A stretch of DNA of 64,000 nucleotides from the NCBI GenBank assembly GCA_963755715.1, contig CAVWLW010000025.1:1-64000 (forward strand), given 5' to 3'. Source of the DNA: an uncultured delta proteobacterium (lineage in GTDB: Bacteria > Desulfobacterota > Binatia > UBA9968). The translations under genes were made by a program, and so were the position numbers. Shown one piece after another: positions 41,656-51,858 of the stretch (position 1 is its first letter; every line of letters starts with the position of its first letter). Below the pieces are notes generated by a model. That model had not been told where the DNA came from. It saw nothing but the letters and a program-made list of their open reading frames with translations, and searched no databases.

Positions 41656-42821
41656 ATGTTATTCAAACGGTTTTTGGCATCGGCTTTCGCATGCGCGCTT
41701 ATCTTTGTAACCAGCAGCATGCGGAGCGGTGGCGACTCAAGAGGCTCAAGCAGCTACGGCGTCGGGAATCCAACCGGCGCAGGTGAATCCGGAACAGCTG
41801 CAGCAACTCGTGGCGCCGATCGCATTGTATCCCGACGAACTGGTCGCGGAAGTTCTGGCCGCGTCCACTTATCCCACTGAAGTCGTCCAAGCGAACCGCT
41901 GGCTGCAACAAAACTCCACCCTGAAGGACGAACAATTGGCCACCGAGGTGGACAAACAACCCTGGGATGCGAGCGTCAAAGCGCTCACGGAATTTCCTTC
42001 AGTGCTGGCCAATATGGATAAAAATCTTTCCTGGACATCGTCTCTGGGAGACGCCTATTACAATCACCCGCAGGAGGTTATGGCCGCCGTCCAGGTTATG
42101 CGCAAGCGCGCGGAAAACGCCGGCACCCTGAAAACCACGCAACAGCAAACGGTGACGACCCAGGGCCAGACGATCATCATCGAGCCGACGAATCCTCAAG
42201 TCGTCTATCTTCCCACCTACGACCCATGGGTGGTGTACGGAGCGCCGTTGGTGGTGTACCCGGGCTATGTCGATTTCTTCGTTGGCCCGTTTGTTTGGTT
42301 CGGTGGTTTTCCCATCGGCCATTTTCATCATCACTTTCCCTGGGGCTGGGGTTTCTGGGGCTGCAACTGGGGCGGTCGTTTCGTGGTTTTTAACCACGCT
42401 CGGTTTATTTCCAGAAGCCATGTCTTTTTTAACCATGGCCACGGCTTCGCCGGCGGTGATTTTCATGGTCACGACTTTCACGGCTTTCACAGCGGTGAAT
42501 TTCACGGTCAGGCCTTTCATAATTTTCATGGCGCAGGGTCGGGGTTTGACCATCGGGACTTCCGCGGCTTTGCTGCGCCGCACGTGGCACCGAACGGCCA
42601 TCCCGGCGCGTTTAGCAGATTCGACCATGGCGGCCGGACAAACAACTTTTCCGGCCGTGGCCAATCCAGTTTCGGCGGCGGCTTTCATGGCGGCGGCGGC
42701 TTCAATGGCGCACCGCACGGCGGTTTTGGCGGCATGCATGGCGGCGGCTTCAACGGCGCGCCGCTTCGGCGGCTTTGGCGGCGGCGGTTTTCATGGCGGC
42801 GGTGGCGGCGGCCACAGATAA
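41656..42821 (+). CDS. DUF3300 protein with Gly/His/Phe-rich tail (frameshifts at about 41722 and 42768)
   Basis: AAGGAG RBS, signal peptide, LVAPIALYPDELVA, WDASVKAL, LGDAY, YLPTYDPWVVYG. Confidence 0.85.
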
Positions 42822-43457
42822 TCGGCTGTCTGCGCCGCTCGATTGCTATCTAAGAGACGAACTGGAGACAAGCAGTCATGGTGAGCTAGCCCCGATTTCA
42901 CGGACAGGTAAATTAGGCAACAGCCTTCGACCGTTCATAGTCAAACTGAACCACTTCCGAGGTGGCGGACCACTGCCGTCTCATAATGACTCGGTTTTGC
43001 TTCCTCTTTTCTTCGGCAACAGAATTCTGTGTTGAGGTGGGGGCAACGCCGAAACCGCCCGCTCCATTAAGGACCGCCGCCGGCTCAGTCTCAGTATTTC
43101 CCTGGCGGTTCTCTTCTCGGCGCGGATCGTTTGCTGCCATGGCAAAATAATCCCTGGCGATGTCAATGGCATACGCATTTAGTTCACGAAGGTTGTCGAA
43201 CTCTGTCATCGCGATGGTAACGTTGCTCTGGGATTTGTGCATTTGGTGGATCAATCCCCCTTTTTCCGAAGCTTGTAATGTATATCGGTCAGTCTCGCCA
43301 ACTTCTTTATAAATTTCTCCTTACAAGGGTCGCCATCGGGCAACCTTCTTGGCCACTGCCTCGCTCCGCTTCAATTCAATACCACGCTTTAGCCCGGCGA
43401 GCGCTGCGTCGAGCATATCGCCTTCGTCGATGTATGACACAGCTAAGATATTTTTCC

Positions 43458-43473
43458 TGGCACGCGTAATGCA
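43458..43473 (+). promoter_or_regulatory. Possible sigma54 promoter
   Basis: TGGCAC-GCGTA-ATGCA upstream of AAGGAG and the 66-aa ORF 43515..43715. Confidence 0.5.
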
Positions 43474-45048
43474 TTTACATTATGGCAAGATATTCAAGGA
43501 GCGTATAAATCCCCATGACCCCCAAATGGACTGGCTACCTGGTTAGAGCTCTAAACGAGTTTGCTTCGCTTACTGCTGCGTGCGGGACTATTGACGCAAG
43601 CGATCGGATTCCGATACCAGCGAAAGCTTCGATAGACGCCGATAGGGAGCATCAATCGAAGCAAAAGAAATCTTCCGGGAAACCCAGGCGGCGAAAATAT
43701 AACCGCAAAGGGTAGTTTCCGCCGGCTAATTAATCATCGCAAGAGTTGTCGTGCGCACCGGTCCCGCACAGATTTTTTCAGGGTAGTGGCCTGCCGATGA
43801 AATCTTTTTGCCCATAATGTCAGACAGCGTTGACAAGCTTGACGCCGAATGGCGCAGGGAAGAGAATCGCAAGCTCATGAACGCGCTGCTCATACCAACC
43901 GAATGTTTGTGATCTACAGCAGATAGACGGCCAGTAGTGCCGCGACCCTGAGCGCGATTAATTGCTCAATCACGCCCGGTGAGAGCGAATGGAAGGCCAC
44001 GATATTTCGATGCTGCTGGTTGACTCTCCGGAGTGCCTTCAACTAGTTGTCGAACGAGGGCGGCGCTGACCCGAGGTAAAGGATTAGCAGACGAACGGTG
44101 ACAGTTAGACGTGCATAGGTCCTAATTATCGCGACGAAAGAGCACCAAAATCCTGCAGAGATACCGTTAAAGGCTCGTTCAAATTAGGGCGTAGCCGATA
44201 CTCAATATTAAACCGATATACATGATCCAGAAAGTAAGAAACTGCCAGTTTATCTTTCTGAACCAAGAAGAAGGTGTATCGCGCAACATCCCCGTTGTTT
44301 CCATGTAGCTCTCCTTCCGTCATACAGAGGTAGACAGCAACAGGAATGCCAGAGCCGAAAATTGTCGGTAAGTACCTGTACTTGTGACGTTAACCGCGAT
44401 GATGTGAATAGGTCATGTAGTGCGGGGCGGGAGGAAAAACCACATACTTATTACCGAGTCGTACTGTTTTTCATCCAGTGGCTACTTAATTGGCTTGTAC
44501 AAACACCCCGGCCTGAGCTGATGAAAGAGTAGTATTGACGTTTCGAGTCTGGTTAACTCGATAAACGACAGCCCCAGACATTCGGTCGGGCCAATTCAGC
44601 ACCGATTCCGATTCCTCCGGAATATGGGCTGTCGCGGATCGAACACGAACGCCAGGAGCAAGTCCATCCTCCTCTTCATGGATCTTGTCACCGTGCGCCC
44701 CTTCGATCAGCATGAATGTTCGATATCCCTGACTGGTGTCTCATCTTCGGCGATTTTGCGGCGCCTCGCATGATGGCGTCGATCTGTTCTGGTTGTCGCT
44801 TGGCTTCCTCAAGATCTTGATAGTCACCCCGCAGATCGGCCCGACGATTCCACCGGTTGTCGTGCCTTGACCAGTGCCAATAATCTCTCGCCCAAACCTG
44901 AAGCCGGAAAGTCGGCAAAAATCCGACGAGTCGAAGGAAAAATAATTCCAGGAAACTATTTCGGATACGTACGTTTTTGACTCATCATCGCGACCAGCGC
45001 CATCATGCTCACAATCGCATGGAAACCAAGCCTATGGCAGCAGTCGTC

Positions 45049-45078
45049 TTGACAATAAAGACCTAAGGAGTCTATATT
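45049..45078 (+). promoter_or_regulatory. Sigma70 promoter overlapped by a palindromic operator
   Basis: TTGACA-N18-TATATT with ATAAAGAC-N7-GTCTATAT between them. Confidence 0.7.
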
Positions 45079-45133
45079 CAATTGTGAGGAAAATGTGAAA
45101 CGCGCGAGGGTCAAAAGCGAGCGCAGTTCGCTG

Positions 45134-45586
45134 ATGAATGTCGGGCGGCGCGTCGATTATGCGGTGCGCGCGCTTTCTTATCTCGCCGGACAACCCGAAG
45201 GTAAGATCGTGAGCCGGGCGGATATCGAAAAGAGCCAGGACATCCCGTCATTTTATCTTTCAAAGATCATGAAAGACATGGTTGCCGGCGGTTTGGTGCA
45301 ATCGCACATCGGCTCGAAGGGTGGTTTTACCCTAGCCAAGCGGGCGGCGGCGATATCTATTAAAGACGTTTATGAAACTGTCGAGCGGCCGCTGGTGTTG
45401 ATGGAGTGTCTCGAGCAGGGCGCCAATTATTGTTCTTTCTGCGCGGTTTGCTCGCAAAAGTCGGTGTGGGAGAAGGCGCAGATCGTGCTCGCAGAATTTC
45501 TCGCCGGCGTGTCGGTCGCGGAGATCGCCGATCGGCAGGGGCTTAAAGGGCGGTTGACCCGATTGCCGCTGCAAAAGGCGGTTTGA
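45134..45586 (+). CDS. Rrf2-family (IscR-like) transcriptional regulator
   Basis: DYAVRAL, YLSKIM, GSKGGFTLAK, Cys cluster CLEQGANYCSFCAVC. Confidence 0.92.
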   Translation: MNVGRRVDYAVRALSYLAGQPEGKIVSRADIEKSQDIPSFYLSKIMKDMVAGGLVQSHIGSKGGFTLAKRAAAISIKDVYETVERPLVLMECLEQGANYCSFCAVCSQKSVWEKAQIVLAEFLAGVSVAEIADRQGLKGRLTRLPLQKAV

Positions 45587-45611
45587 ACCGAGTGTTTTGA
45601 GAGGCATCAGC

Positions 45612-46370
45612 ATGTTGGATATTCGCGGGCTCAGGGCAAAGGCTGGAAATAAGGAAATTTTGCGCGGCATCGATCTGCACGTCGGCGCCGGCGAAGTGCA
45701 CGCCATCATGGGTCCGAACGGTTCGGGTAAAAGCACGCTGGCGCATGTTTTGTCGGGCCGGGAAAATTATGAAGTGACCGGCGGTGAAGTCATTTATCGC
45801 GGCAAAGATCTTCTGGCCATGAGCCCCGAGATGCGCGCGCGCGAAGGAATTTTTCTCGCGTTTCAATATCCCGTCGAGATTCCCGGCATCAGCACGACGT
45901 ATTTTCTCAAAGCGGCGTTGAATGCGGTGCGCAAGCACAATGGCTTGGAAGAACTGGACGCAATGGAATTCCTGGCGCTGATTAAAGAAAAACTGAAGTT
46001 GGTGGAAATGGATCAGGTGCTGATCAATCGGCCGCTCAACGAAGGTTTTTCCGGCGGCGAAAAAAAACGCAATGAGATTTTACAGATGGCTGTCCTGGAC
46101 CCGGTGCTCGCACTACTCGACGAAACCGATTCGGGTCTCGACATCGATGCCTTGCGCGTGGTCGCCAGCGGCGTCAATGCCTTGCGCCGACCCGATCGTG
46201 CGATGATCGTGATTACTCATTATCAGCGTTTGCTCAATTACATCGTGCCCGATTTCATCCATGTTTTGTTCGAGGGGCGAATCATAAAATCAGGCACGAA
46301 AGAATTGGCACTGGAGCTCGAGAGCCGGGGATATGATTGGCTCAAAGGCGCCGTCGCCGCCGTTCATTAG
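45612..46370 (+). CDS. sufC: Fe-S cluster assembly ATPase
   Basis: GPNGSGKST, FLAFQYPVEIPG, FSGGEKKRNE, DETDSGLDID. Confidence 0.97.
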   Translation: MLDIRGLRAKAGNKEILRGIDLHVGAGEVHAIMGPNGSGKSTLAHVLSGRENYEVTGGEVIYRGKDLLAMSPEMRAREGIFLAFQYPVEIPGISTTYFLKAALNAVRKHNGLEELDAMEFLALIKEKLKLVEMDQVLINRPLNEGFSGGEKKRNEILQMAVLDPVLALLDETDSGLDIDALRVVASGVNALRRPDRAMIVITHYQRLLNYIVPDFIHVLFEGRIIKSGTKELALELESRGYDWLKGAVAAVH

Positions 46371-46396
46371 TCCCGCTTGTTGTACTCGGAAAGAAT

Positions 46397-47716
46397 ATGA
46401 TTGCCGCGGAAAGTAAAGAGCGCTATCTCGCCGCCTTCGAGCAGTCGCAGTCAAACGGAAATGGCGCGGCTCCGGCGTGGCTCAAAGAACTGCGCAGAGA
46501 CGGAATCGCGAGCTTTGCGGCGCAGGGATTTCCGACGACAAAAAATGAAGAGTGGAAGTACACCAGTGTCGAGCCAATCGCCTCATTGCCCTTGGCGCAG
46601 ACCCAAGGATCTGAGCGCCGCGTCGATACCGACGAAATCCTGGCACGGAGTTTTGCTGATACCGCCTGTCCACGCTTGGTCTTTATCAATGGCGTCTGGG
46701 CGCGGGAATTTTCCTTTGTGCAGGATCTGCCTCGCGGCGTTCGCCTCGCCAGCTTGGCGGAGCTTATAAAGCAAGACGCGCCGCTTTTGTCAGAGCAGCT
46801 TGGGCGTCATGCGAATTATCGGCGCCAGGCTTTCGTGGCGCTCAACACGGCTTTTATGGGCGACGGTGCGGTGGTGGTTATTCCTCCAGGGTGCTGTTTG
46901 GCGCAGCCGATTTATCTGATTTACGCATCGAGCCCCGGCGCCGGACAATTGGTGTCGCATCCGCGCACGCTTATTTTTCTCGGCGCGGGGAGCCAGGCTA
47001 AAATCATTGAGAGCTACGTCGGCGTGGAAGAGGGCGCTTATTTCTGTAACGCGGTCACGGAACTGATCGGCGAAGCGGATTCGCTGGCCGATTATTATCG
47101 CTTGCAGCGCGAAGGTCGTGCCGCGTTTCACACGGGCACCTTCGACGCCGACTTGGATCGCGGCGCCCGTTTAACGGCGCACGCGGTGATCCTCGGCGGA
47201 TCTTTGATTCGAAACAACGTTCACGTGGCGCTCAACGGCGAAGGTGCTGAATGCGTACTCAACGGTCTTTATCTGGCCGGCGATAAGCAGCACGTCGATA
47301 ATTTCACCGAGATCGATCATCTCAAGCCGCGCGCAACCAGCTTCGAGCTTTATAAAGGCATCTTGAACGGCGCGGCGCATGGCGTTTTCAACGGTAAAAT
47401 CGTCGTTCACAAAGACGCGCAAAAATCCAATGCGCGCCAGGTCAATAAGAATTTGCTCCTATCCGAAAACGCTGTGGTGAATACCAAACCGCAATTGGAA
47501 ATCTACGCCGATGACGTCAAATGCAGCCACGGCTCGACCATCGGTCAATTGGATGCCGACGCTTTGTTTTATCTTCGCACGCGCGGCCTGGGCGCGGCGG
47601 AAGCTCGGAGTCTTTTGAGCTTCGCCTTTGCCGGCGACGTCGTGGGACGAATTAAAGTCGATTCTTTACGGCGCCAACTGGACGATTATTTGGCGGCGCA
47701 GTTTCGGAGAGTTTGA
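46397..47716 (+). CDS. sufD: Fe-S cluster assembly protein SufD
   Basis: [36 protein letters not shown]. Confidence 0.93.
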   Translation: MIAAESKERYLAAFEQSQSNGNGAAPAWLKELRRDGIASFAAQGFPTTKNEEWKYTSVEPIASLPLAQTQGSERRVDTDEILARSFADTACPRLVFINGVWAREFSFVQDLPRGVRLASLAELIKQDAPLLSEQLGRHANYRRQAFVALNTAFMGDGAVVVIPPGCCLAQPIYLIYASSPGAGQLVSHPRTLIFLGAGSQAKIIESYVGVEEGAYFCNAVTELIGEADSLADYYRLQREGRAAFHTGTFDADLDRGARLTAHAVILGGSLIRNNVHVALNGEGAECVLNGLYLAGDKQHVDNFTEIDHLKPRATSFELYKGILNGAAHGVFNGKIVVHKDAQKSNARQVNKNLLLSENAVVNTKPQLEIYADDVKCSHGSTIGQLDADALFYLRTRGLGAAEARSLLSFAFAGDVVGRIKVDSLRRQLDDYLAAQFRRV

Positions 47717-47724
47717 GTATTACC

Positions 47725-48987
47725 ATGAAGGCGATGTCTCACTTGGCTGAATCGCGCGCTCCCTCCGGCAGCTTCGATGTCATGCGCTTGCGCGAGGATT
47801 TTCCGATTTTGAAGTTGAAAGTTCATGGCAAGCCGCTGGTCTATCTCGACAACGGCGCGACCAGTCAAAAGCCGCAGGCGGTCATCGATGCGCTCAATCG
47901 CTATTACAGCGCGGAGAACTCCAATATTCATCGTGGGGTTCATTACCTAAGCGAGCATGCCACCACGGTTTACGAAGCGGCGCGGGGGAAAATACGGCAA
48001 TTTATCAACGCGCGATCGGATAAGGAGATCATTTTCGTGCGCGGCACGACGGAAGCGATCAACTTGGTGGCGCAGTGTTACGGGCGCAGTTTTCTCAAAG
48101 CCGGCGATGAAATCATCGTCTCAGCGATGGAACATCACTCCAATATCGTGCCGTGGCAGATACTTTGTGAACAGACTGGGGCAAAGCTGCGGGTCATTCC
48201 GATCAATCACGAGGGCGAGCTGGTGATGGAAGAGTTTCGCCGGCTGTTAAACGATAAGACCAAGTTTGTTTCGATAACCCACGTGTCCAATGCGCTCGGC
48301 ACAATCGTGCCGGTCAAAGAGATTGTCGCATTGGCTCATGAGCGCGGCGTGCCGGTCATGCTCGACGGCGCCCAGGCGGTGCCTCATTTGAGAGTCGACG
48401 TACAGGATCTCGGCTGCGATTTTTACGCCTTTTCCGGTCATAAGTTGTTCGGGCCCACGGGCGTGGGGGTGCTTTACGGGAGCGCCGAGCTGCTCGAAAA
48501 AATGCCGCCGTACCAGGGCGGCGGCGACATGATCAGTTTGGTGACGTTCGAAAAGACTCATTACAATGTGTTGCCCTACAAGTTCGAAGCAGGCACGCCC
48601 AATATTGCCGGCGGCATTGGACTCGGCGTCGCCATCGACTATTTGCTGCCATTGGATTGGTGCCAGCTCGCGGCGCACGAGCACAAGCTGCTGAGCTACG
48701 CCACGGCTGCGCTCTCAAGCATCGACGGCTTGCGCATTATCGGCACCGCTAAGGAAAAAGCCGGTGTGTTGTCGTTTGTCTTGGATCACGTGCACGCGCA
48801 CGATGTCGGCACGATTCTAGACCAAGAAGGGGTGGCGGTGCGCGCCGGGCATCATTGCGCGATGCCCGTGATGCAACGCTTCGGCGTGCCAGCAACGACG
48901 CGCGCGTCGTTCGCTTTTTACAATACCATCGAGGAGATCGATGTGCTGGTGCGAGCCATCCATCGGGTCCGGAAAGTTTTTGGCTGA
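47725..48987 (+). CDS. sufS: Cysteine desulfurase
   Basis: [31 protein letters not shown]. Confidence 0.97.
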   Translation: MKAMSHLAESRAPSGSFDVMRLREDFPILKLKVHGKPLVYLDNGATSQKPQAVIDALNRYYSAENSNIHRGVHYLSEHATTVYEAARGKIRQFINARSDKEIIFVRGTTEAINLVAQCYGRSFLKAGDEIIVSAMEHHSNIVPWQILCEQTGAKLRVIPINHEGELVMEEFRRLLNDKTKFVSITHVSNALGTIVPVKEIVALAHERGVPVMLDGAQAVPHLRVDVQDLGCDFYAFSGHKLFGPTGVGVLYGSAELLEKMPPYQGGGDMISLVTFEKTHYNVLPYKFEAGTPNIAGGIGLGVAIDYLLPLDWCQLAAHEHKLLSYATAALSSIDGLRIIGTAKEKAGVLSFVLDHVHAHDVGTILDQEGVAVRAGHHCAMPVMQRFGVPATTRASFAFYNTIEEIDVLVRAIHRVRKVFG

Positions 48988-49439
48988 TGTCGGATTTAGA
49001 CGAGCTCTATCAGGAAGTCATTCTCGACCATAACAAGAGTCCGAGAAATTATCGCGTGATGTCCGATGCTAACCGCAAAGCGGAAGGCTACAATCCGCTG
49101 TGCGGCGATCACGTCACGGTGTATCTGCATCTTGAAGACGGCGTGATTCGCGACGTGAGCTTTCAAGGCTCGGGTTGCGCGATTTCCAAGGCTTCGGCGT
49201 CGATGATGACCGCCGAGCTGAAAGGCAAGTCCGAGGCCGCGGCCCATGAGCTGTTTGAAAACGTGCACAAAATGTTGACTGGCGATGGCGGCGGTGAAAG
49301 CGGTGACGAGAAGGTCGGCAAGCTGAAAATTCTTTCCGGCGTATGTAAATTTCCGGCGCGGGTTAAATGCGCCAGCTTGGCCTGGCATACAGTCAACGCG
49401 GCGCTACAGGGCGAAACTAAGCCGGCCACGACGGAGTAG
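48987..49439 (+). CDS. sufU: SUF system NifU-like protein
   Basis: LYQEVILDH, NPLCGD, GCAISKAS, RVKCASLAWH. Confidence 0.95.
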   Translation: MSDLDELYQEVILDHNKSPRNYRVMSDANRKAEGYNPLCGDHVTVYLHLEDGVIRDVSFQGSGCAISKASASMMTAELKGKSEAAAHELFENVHKMLTGDGGGESGDEKVGKLKILSGVCKFPARVKCASLAWHTVNAALQGETKPATTE

Positions 49440-49465
49440 TTGGCGGAGCACGCTGAAAGGAGTCC

Positions 49466-50029
49466 ATGCGGATGAACACCGAAAAACCGATTAAGCTGCA
49501 ACGCGACTGCGACGCGGTTATGGTTCCGAGCGGCGAGCATGCCTCCTTGCTTGCCGGCAGCATCGTTTGGTTGACTCAAGCATTGGGCGGGACTTATACG
49601 GTGATGACGGAGCGCGGCTATAGCGTGCGGATCGACGGTCAAGACGGCGACGCTCTCGGCTTTGCGCCGGGAGCGGAAGAAAATTGGCCGCAAGCGCGCG
49701 AAGAAATGCCGGCGGGTTCGATCGACGAGCTGGTCTGGAATGAGCTGCGTTCCTGCTTTGATCCGGAAATACCCGTCAACATCGTCGACCTCGGTTTGAT
49801 CTACGACTGCGCTGCGCAGCCTTTGCCGGAAGGCGGATATAAAGCCATCGTCCGGTTCACGTTGACGGCGCAAGGGTGCGGCATGGGACAGTTTCTCAAG
49901 GCCGACATCAAGAAGAGATTGCTCTCCGTGCCCGGCGTGCGCGAAACCGATGTCGAGTTGGTGTGGGATCCGCCCTGGAATCAGAGCATGATTTCCGTGT
50001 GCGCCAAACAGCAATTGGGCATTGAATAA
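49466..50029 (+). CDS. sufT: Putative Fe-S assembly protein SufT (DUF59)
   Basis: TQALGG, RIDGQDGDALG, CFDPEIPVNIVDLGL, TLTAQGCGMG. Confidence 0.88.
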   Translation: MRMNTEKPIKLQRDCDAVMVPSGEHASLLAGSIVWLTQALGGTYTVMTERGYSVRIDGQDGDALGFAPGAEENWPQAREEMPAGSIDELVWNELRSCFDPEIPVNIVDLGLIYDCAAQPLPEGGYKAIVRFTLTAQGCGMGQFLKADIKKRLLSVPGVRETDVELVWDPPWNQSMISVCAKQQLGIE

Positions 50030-50059
50030 GCGGCCTTAAAGAGTCAGGTTGGTAGAAAA

Positions 50060-50380
50060 ATGGCAAGCATCAACGAAACTATCATCGAAGCGCAGGTGAT
50101 TGAAAGTTTGCGCTCCTGCTTCGACCCCGAAATCCCAGTCAATATCTACGAGCTGGGATTGGTCTACGAGGTGAAGGTGAGTGCCGAAGGCGCGGTGACG
50201 ATCCAAATGACGCTCACTTCGCCGCACTGTCCGGCGGTGCAGTCGTTGCCGGCCGAGATCGAAAGTAAAGTAAAGACCGTGGACGGCGTCACGGACGTAA
50301 AGATCGATCTGGTGTGGGACCCGCCCTGGGAGCCGAGCAAGATGTCGGAAGCCGCCCGCCTGCAGCTCGGCATGATGTAA
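50060..50380 (+). CDS. Second DUF59/MIP18-family Fe-S assembly protein
   Basis: FDPEIPVNIYELGLVY, MTLTSPHCP, VWDPPW. Confidence 0.9.
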   Translation: MASINETIIEAQVIESLRSCFDPEIPVNIYELGLVYEVKVSAEGAVTIQMTLTSPHCPAVQSLPAEIESKVKTVDGVTDVKIDLVWDPPWEPSKMSEAARLQLGMM

Positions 50381-50414
50381 TCGATTGAAAACGCATTTCT
50401 TAGGACCGTTCTCG

Positions 50415-50825
50415 ATGGCTGAGAGTCTGTTCGAAAAACTCGGCGGCGAAAGCGGATTGCGCGCGATCGTCAACGCGTTTATCGATCGCGTTTTCGAAGA
50501 TCGCATGATCGGCTTTTTCTTTCGAAATGCGGACCGAGCGCGTATCAAGGAAATGGAGTATCAGCTTGCTGCCAGTTTTCTCGGCGCCGATATTAAGTAC
50601 ACCGGCAGGCCGCTCGGTAAAGCGCATGTAAATCACCCGATCATGGGTGGGCACTTCGCGCGCCGTCGCCAGATTCTCAAAGAAACGTTGGAAGCTTATC
50701 AGGTCCCGGAAGAAATCCAGGCGGCGTGGCTTCAACACACCGATTCTCTGCGACCGCTTATCACTCCTGAAACGGGTTCGGATTGCGATCCGATCGCTGC
50801 GCGAGCGCGAGTTAAGCGGCGATAA
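50415..50825 (+). CDS. Group I-like truncated hemoglobin
   Basis: SLFEKLGG, D-xxIGFFF, YTGRPLGKAH (proximal His). Confidence 0.82.
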   Translation: MAESLFEKLGGESGLRAIVNAFIDRVFEDRMIGFFFRNADRARIKEMEYQLAASFLGADIKYTGRPLGKAHVNHPIMGGHFARRRQILKETLEAYQVPEEIQAAWLQHTDSLRPLITPETGSDCDPIAARARVKRR

Positions 50826-50926
50826 CTACAGATAAAATCTTTCATTTCTCGTTTTGCGCCAATTGTTCATCGCATAACATTGTGTTATTAATACCGCTAC
50901 GCCGAAGGTAGTCATCAAGGAACTGT

Positions 50927-51790
50927 GTGAAGTTAGCCGACCTGTATGCCCGGCCCGGCTTGACCCTATCGGTCGAGTTCTTTCCTCCGAAGACGGAAAA
51001 AGGCGAGGAAAACCTCTTTAGCGAAATAGAGATCATCAAGAGGCTCAATCCTGGCTTTTGTTCCGTTACGTACGGGGCTGGCGGAAGCACGCGCGAAAAA
51101 ACCCTCGACCTGGTCGAGGCCATTCATGACCACTACGGACTGGAGGTCATGTGTCACTTGACCGTGGTCGGACAGTCCAAAGACGATGCGCGCGCGATCC
51201 TGAGCCGGCTCAAAAGCAAAAGGATTGAAAACGTCCTTGCGCTGGGCGGCGATCCGCCCCAGGGCACGGAGAATTGGCGCCCCCATCCCGATGGTTTTCA
51301 CTACGCCATCGAGCTGGTTCGAGAGGCCGCGGCGCTTGGCTGCTTTTCGATCGGCGTGGCCGGTTTCCCGGAAATCCATCCTCGCGCGGTGGACCGGATG
51401 TCGGATTTAAAATTCTTAAAGGAAAAAGTGGATGCCGGCGCCACAACTGTAATTACCCAACTATTTTTTGATAACGATGACTACTATCGCTTCGCCGAAG
51501 ATCTGCGAAAACTTGGCTTGAGGGTTCCGATCGTGCCTGGCGTCTTGCCGATATTGTCGGCGTCGCAAGTACGCCGCTTTACCGCGTTATGCTGCGCCAA
51601 GATCCCGGCGAAATTAGAGAGTCAACTGGCCAAGGTGGAAACCGACGACGAAGCGGCGGTCGAGGTCGGGATCGAATATGCCACCCGCCAGTGCGAGGAA
51701 TTGATCAAGTTCGGCATCAAGGGACTTCACTTCTATTCGCTGAACAAATCCTATTCCGTCAGCGCGATCTGCAAAAACTTGGGCCTGTGA
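50927..51790 (+). CDS. metF: 5,10-methylenetetrahydrofolate reductase
   Basis: [30 protein letters not shown]. Confidence 0.95.
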   Translation: MKLADLYARPGLTLSVEFFPPKTEKGEENLFSEIEIIKRLNPGFCSVTYGAGGSTREKTLDLVEAIHDHYGLEVMCHLTVVGQSKDDARAILSRLKSKRIENVLALGGDPPQGTENWRPHPDGFHYAIELVREAAALGCFSIGVAGFPEIHPRAVDRMSDLKFLKEKVDAGATTVITQLFFDNDDYYRFAEDLRKLGLRVPIVPGVLPILSASQVRRFTALCCAKIPAKLESQLAKVETDDEAAVEVGIEYATRQCEELIKFGIKGLHFYSLNKSYSVSAICKNLGL

Positions 51791-51858
51791 TCCATTGCGC
51801 CTGCTCCGCCGATTTTCACAGGCAGGAGCGCAGCGCTTTATACGAACGCGAGAGCAAA

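Noticed and set aside
50830-50926. SAM or SAH riboswitch before metF
   Set aside because: Only a short hairpin is visible; no aptamer consensus recognised
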